Source: Podarcis tiliguerta (lineage: Eukaryota). Taken from it: a stretch of DNA of 64,000 bases. The position numbers were made by a program, and so were the translations under genes. The DNA is taken from NCBI GenBank assembly GCA_965153285.1, contig OZ229114.1, one strand, 5' to 3'. The notes under the pieces are model-generated. The model had not been told where the DNA came from. It saw only the letters and a program-made list of their open reading frames with translations, and made no database searches. Below are positions 62,564 through 64,000 of the stretch, in pieces; positions within the stretch are counted from its first letter, which is position 1, and every line of letters starts with the position of its first letter.

Positions 62564-64000
62564 GTGAGTTACTGGTCAGGCTGGGCTGAAATGAGGGAGA
62601 TTAGAAATACAGGGTTGGGATAAGAATTTGGGGGTAGCATCCTGGGGACCAGTTACTATACCTTGGCCTCATCTGAGGATAAAATGGAAAAGTGGCAAGG
62701 CTGCAGCCATGTGTGGTCCCTTCACGGATGCAAATGTAGTGATGAAAAGGATGAATGGAGGTCTATGAAGCTTAAGGGCTCTTTGGACTGTGAGTGTTGT
62801 AGTCCTGGGACAAGGAAGCAGCTGGCTGGACATGCTGTGAGGAAAGGAGAACGTTCCTGGTCTTGCTGGATCTGAGCAACGAACAGACTCCTTTGCTGTC
62901 ATATTTTGATTTGTGGGGGGGGGGTGCATGCATGCCGCAGCAATTCTCTTTCAACAGCTGTGAGACACGGTTGCAGACAAATCTGGAAGAGCAAAAAATA
63001 GGAGGAAAAAATAGGAACCAATTTACAGAACAACCCGTTGTATAGCACTCCCGGGACTGTAACACTTACGAATGTGTGTTTGAAGCTCCCCTGTGCGTGC
63101 ACAATCAAGCAAAGCTTCCTCTGCACATAGTGAAGAGGGAGAAGGCTTGGGTTCAAACCCTCCTCCTCCTTCCAGACATGCAATAGACTACTGTGTGCTG
63201 AGTTCAAACTTCGGCAGGGGCCAAAGGAGGCCTGGCTGGTAGCTGAAGGGGGAAGATTTGGGGTGCATTTGGAAAAGGCTGGAGGGACAGGGGAAAAGAA
63301 AAAGATTCCAATTGAATAGAGTGGGGGAGAAATGGCCAAAAGGACCAGTCTGGCCTTTTCACCTATTGATTTGTACTTGGGACACTAATGGAGTTACCAG
63401 CTGAATGGATTTAACAGTCTTGCAGCTTGGGGAAAATGTTAACAATACCAAGTTAACCTCTATAGGTTAACAAAGATGATATATTGACGGAGACTGCGTA
63501 CAAATGAAACACAGTTTGAACTCTGGGGCCATTCCTACTGCTTTCTGCTTAAAAGAAGCCATTTTCTCTGCATGCCTGTTGCAGATATTCCCTTTACACA
63601 GGTGTTTTGTGGCGGGTGTGTCCTGCAACATGTTTTTGACAGCAGTCCTAGTGCACTAGTAGTGAGTTTGTTCTGCAATGCTTCCCTAATGCTACCACGT
63701 TATTGCTGTCCAGAGCAGCTGTAGCACAACAAAAGGGGGGGGGGGTAACTGAATTCCAGAACATCTGTGGTATGAAATGTTGCAGGATTTCAGCAGGGAT
63801 CTGTGGAATCTGCGCTCATTGGAAATGAAGCCATGTGACACACACACACCAATAGCATAATGTGCACAAATAATCGTGAACGCACAAAAAAGGGACATGG
63901 GGGTGTGATCCTGAATGCCCTTCATAGGTGACAAAATTCAGATAATGCTTCTGGCTTGCCTGGATGGGGGACAGAGGTGGGTGTGAAAACTGGCATTTCT

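Noticed and set aside
62564-64000. Next HPS1 exon (LLQACGKLKRQLC...)
   Set aside because: Not found before the window end

Overview
Vertebrate genomic DNA from a squamate reptile, probably a lacertid lizard, judged from Sauria SINEs, a BovB/RTE fragment and Squam3/MIR-like SINEs. Two spliced genes lie in tandem on the + strand, in the same order as in human. (1) The 3' part of HPSE2 (heparanase-2): exons 4-12 by human numbering, 11983-46044, about 389 codons, all GT-AG with consistent phases. Exons 1-3 lie upstream of the window. (2) A CpG-island promoter (~52290-52980) and the first twelve coding exons of HPS1 (BLOC-3 subunit): 54059-62563, about 470 codons, continuing beyond the window. Introns and intergenic DNA carry SINEs, LINE fragments, two solo LTRs, several MITEs with target-site duplications (TSDs) and microsatellites. 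Apart from exon and LINE fragments, the ORF track is noise. I found no new multi-gene system. The best lead is a splice element in the middle of HPSE2 intron 9 (polypyrimidine-TGC-cagCAG|GTGAGT-T17, 39150-39204) that could be a 3-nt microexon or a recursive splice site. Other leads are an antisense solo LTR with a duplicated Oct/CCAAT/CRE-like module and a CTCF-like site, candidate poison exons, and in-frame tandem splice sites in HPS1. Human comparisons are from memory; no searches were run.
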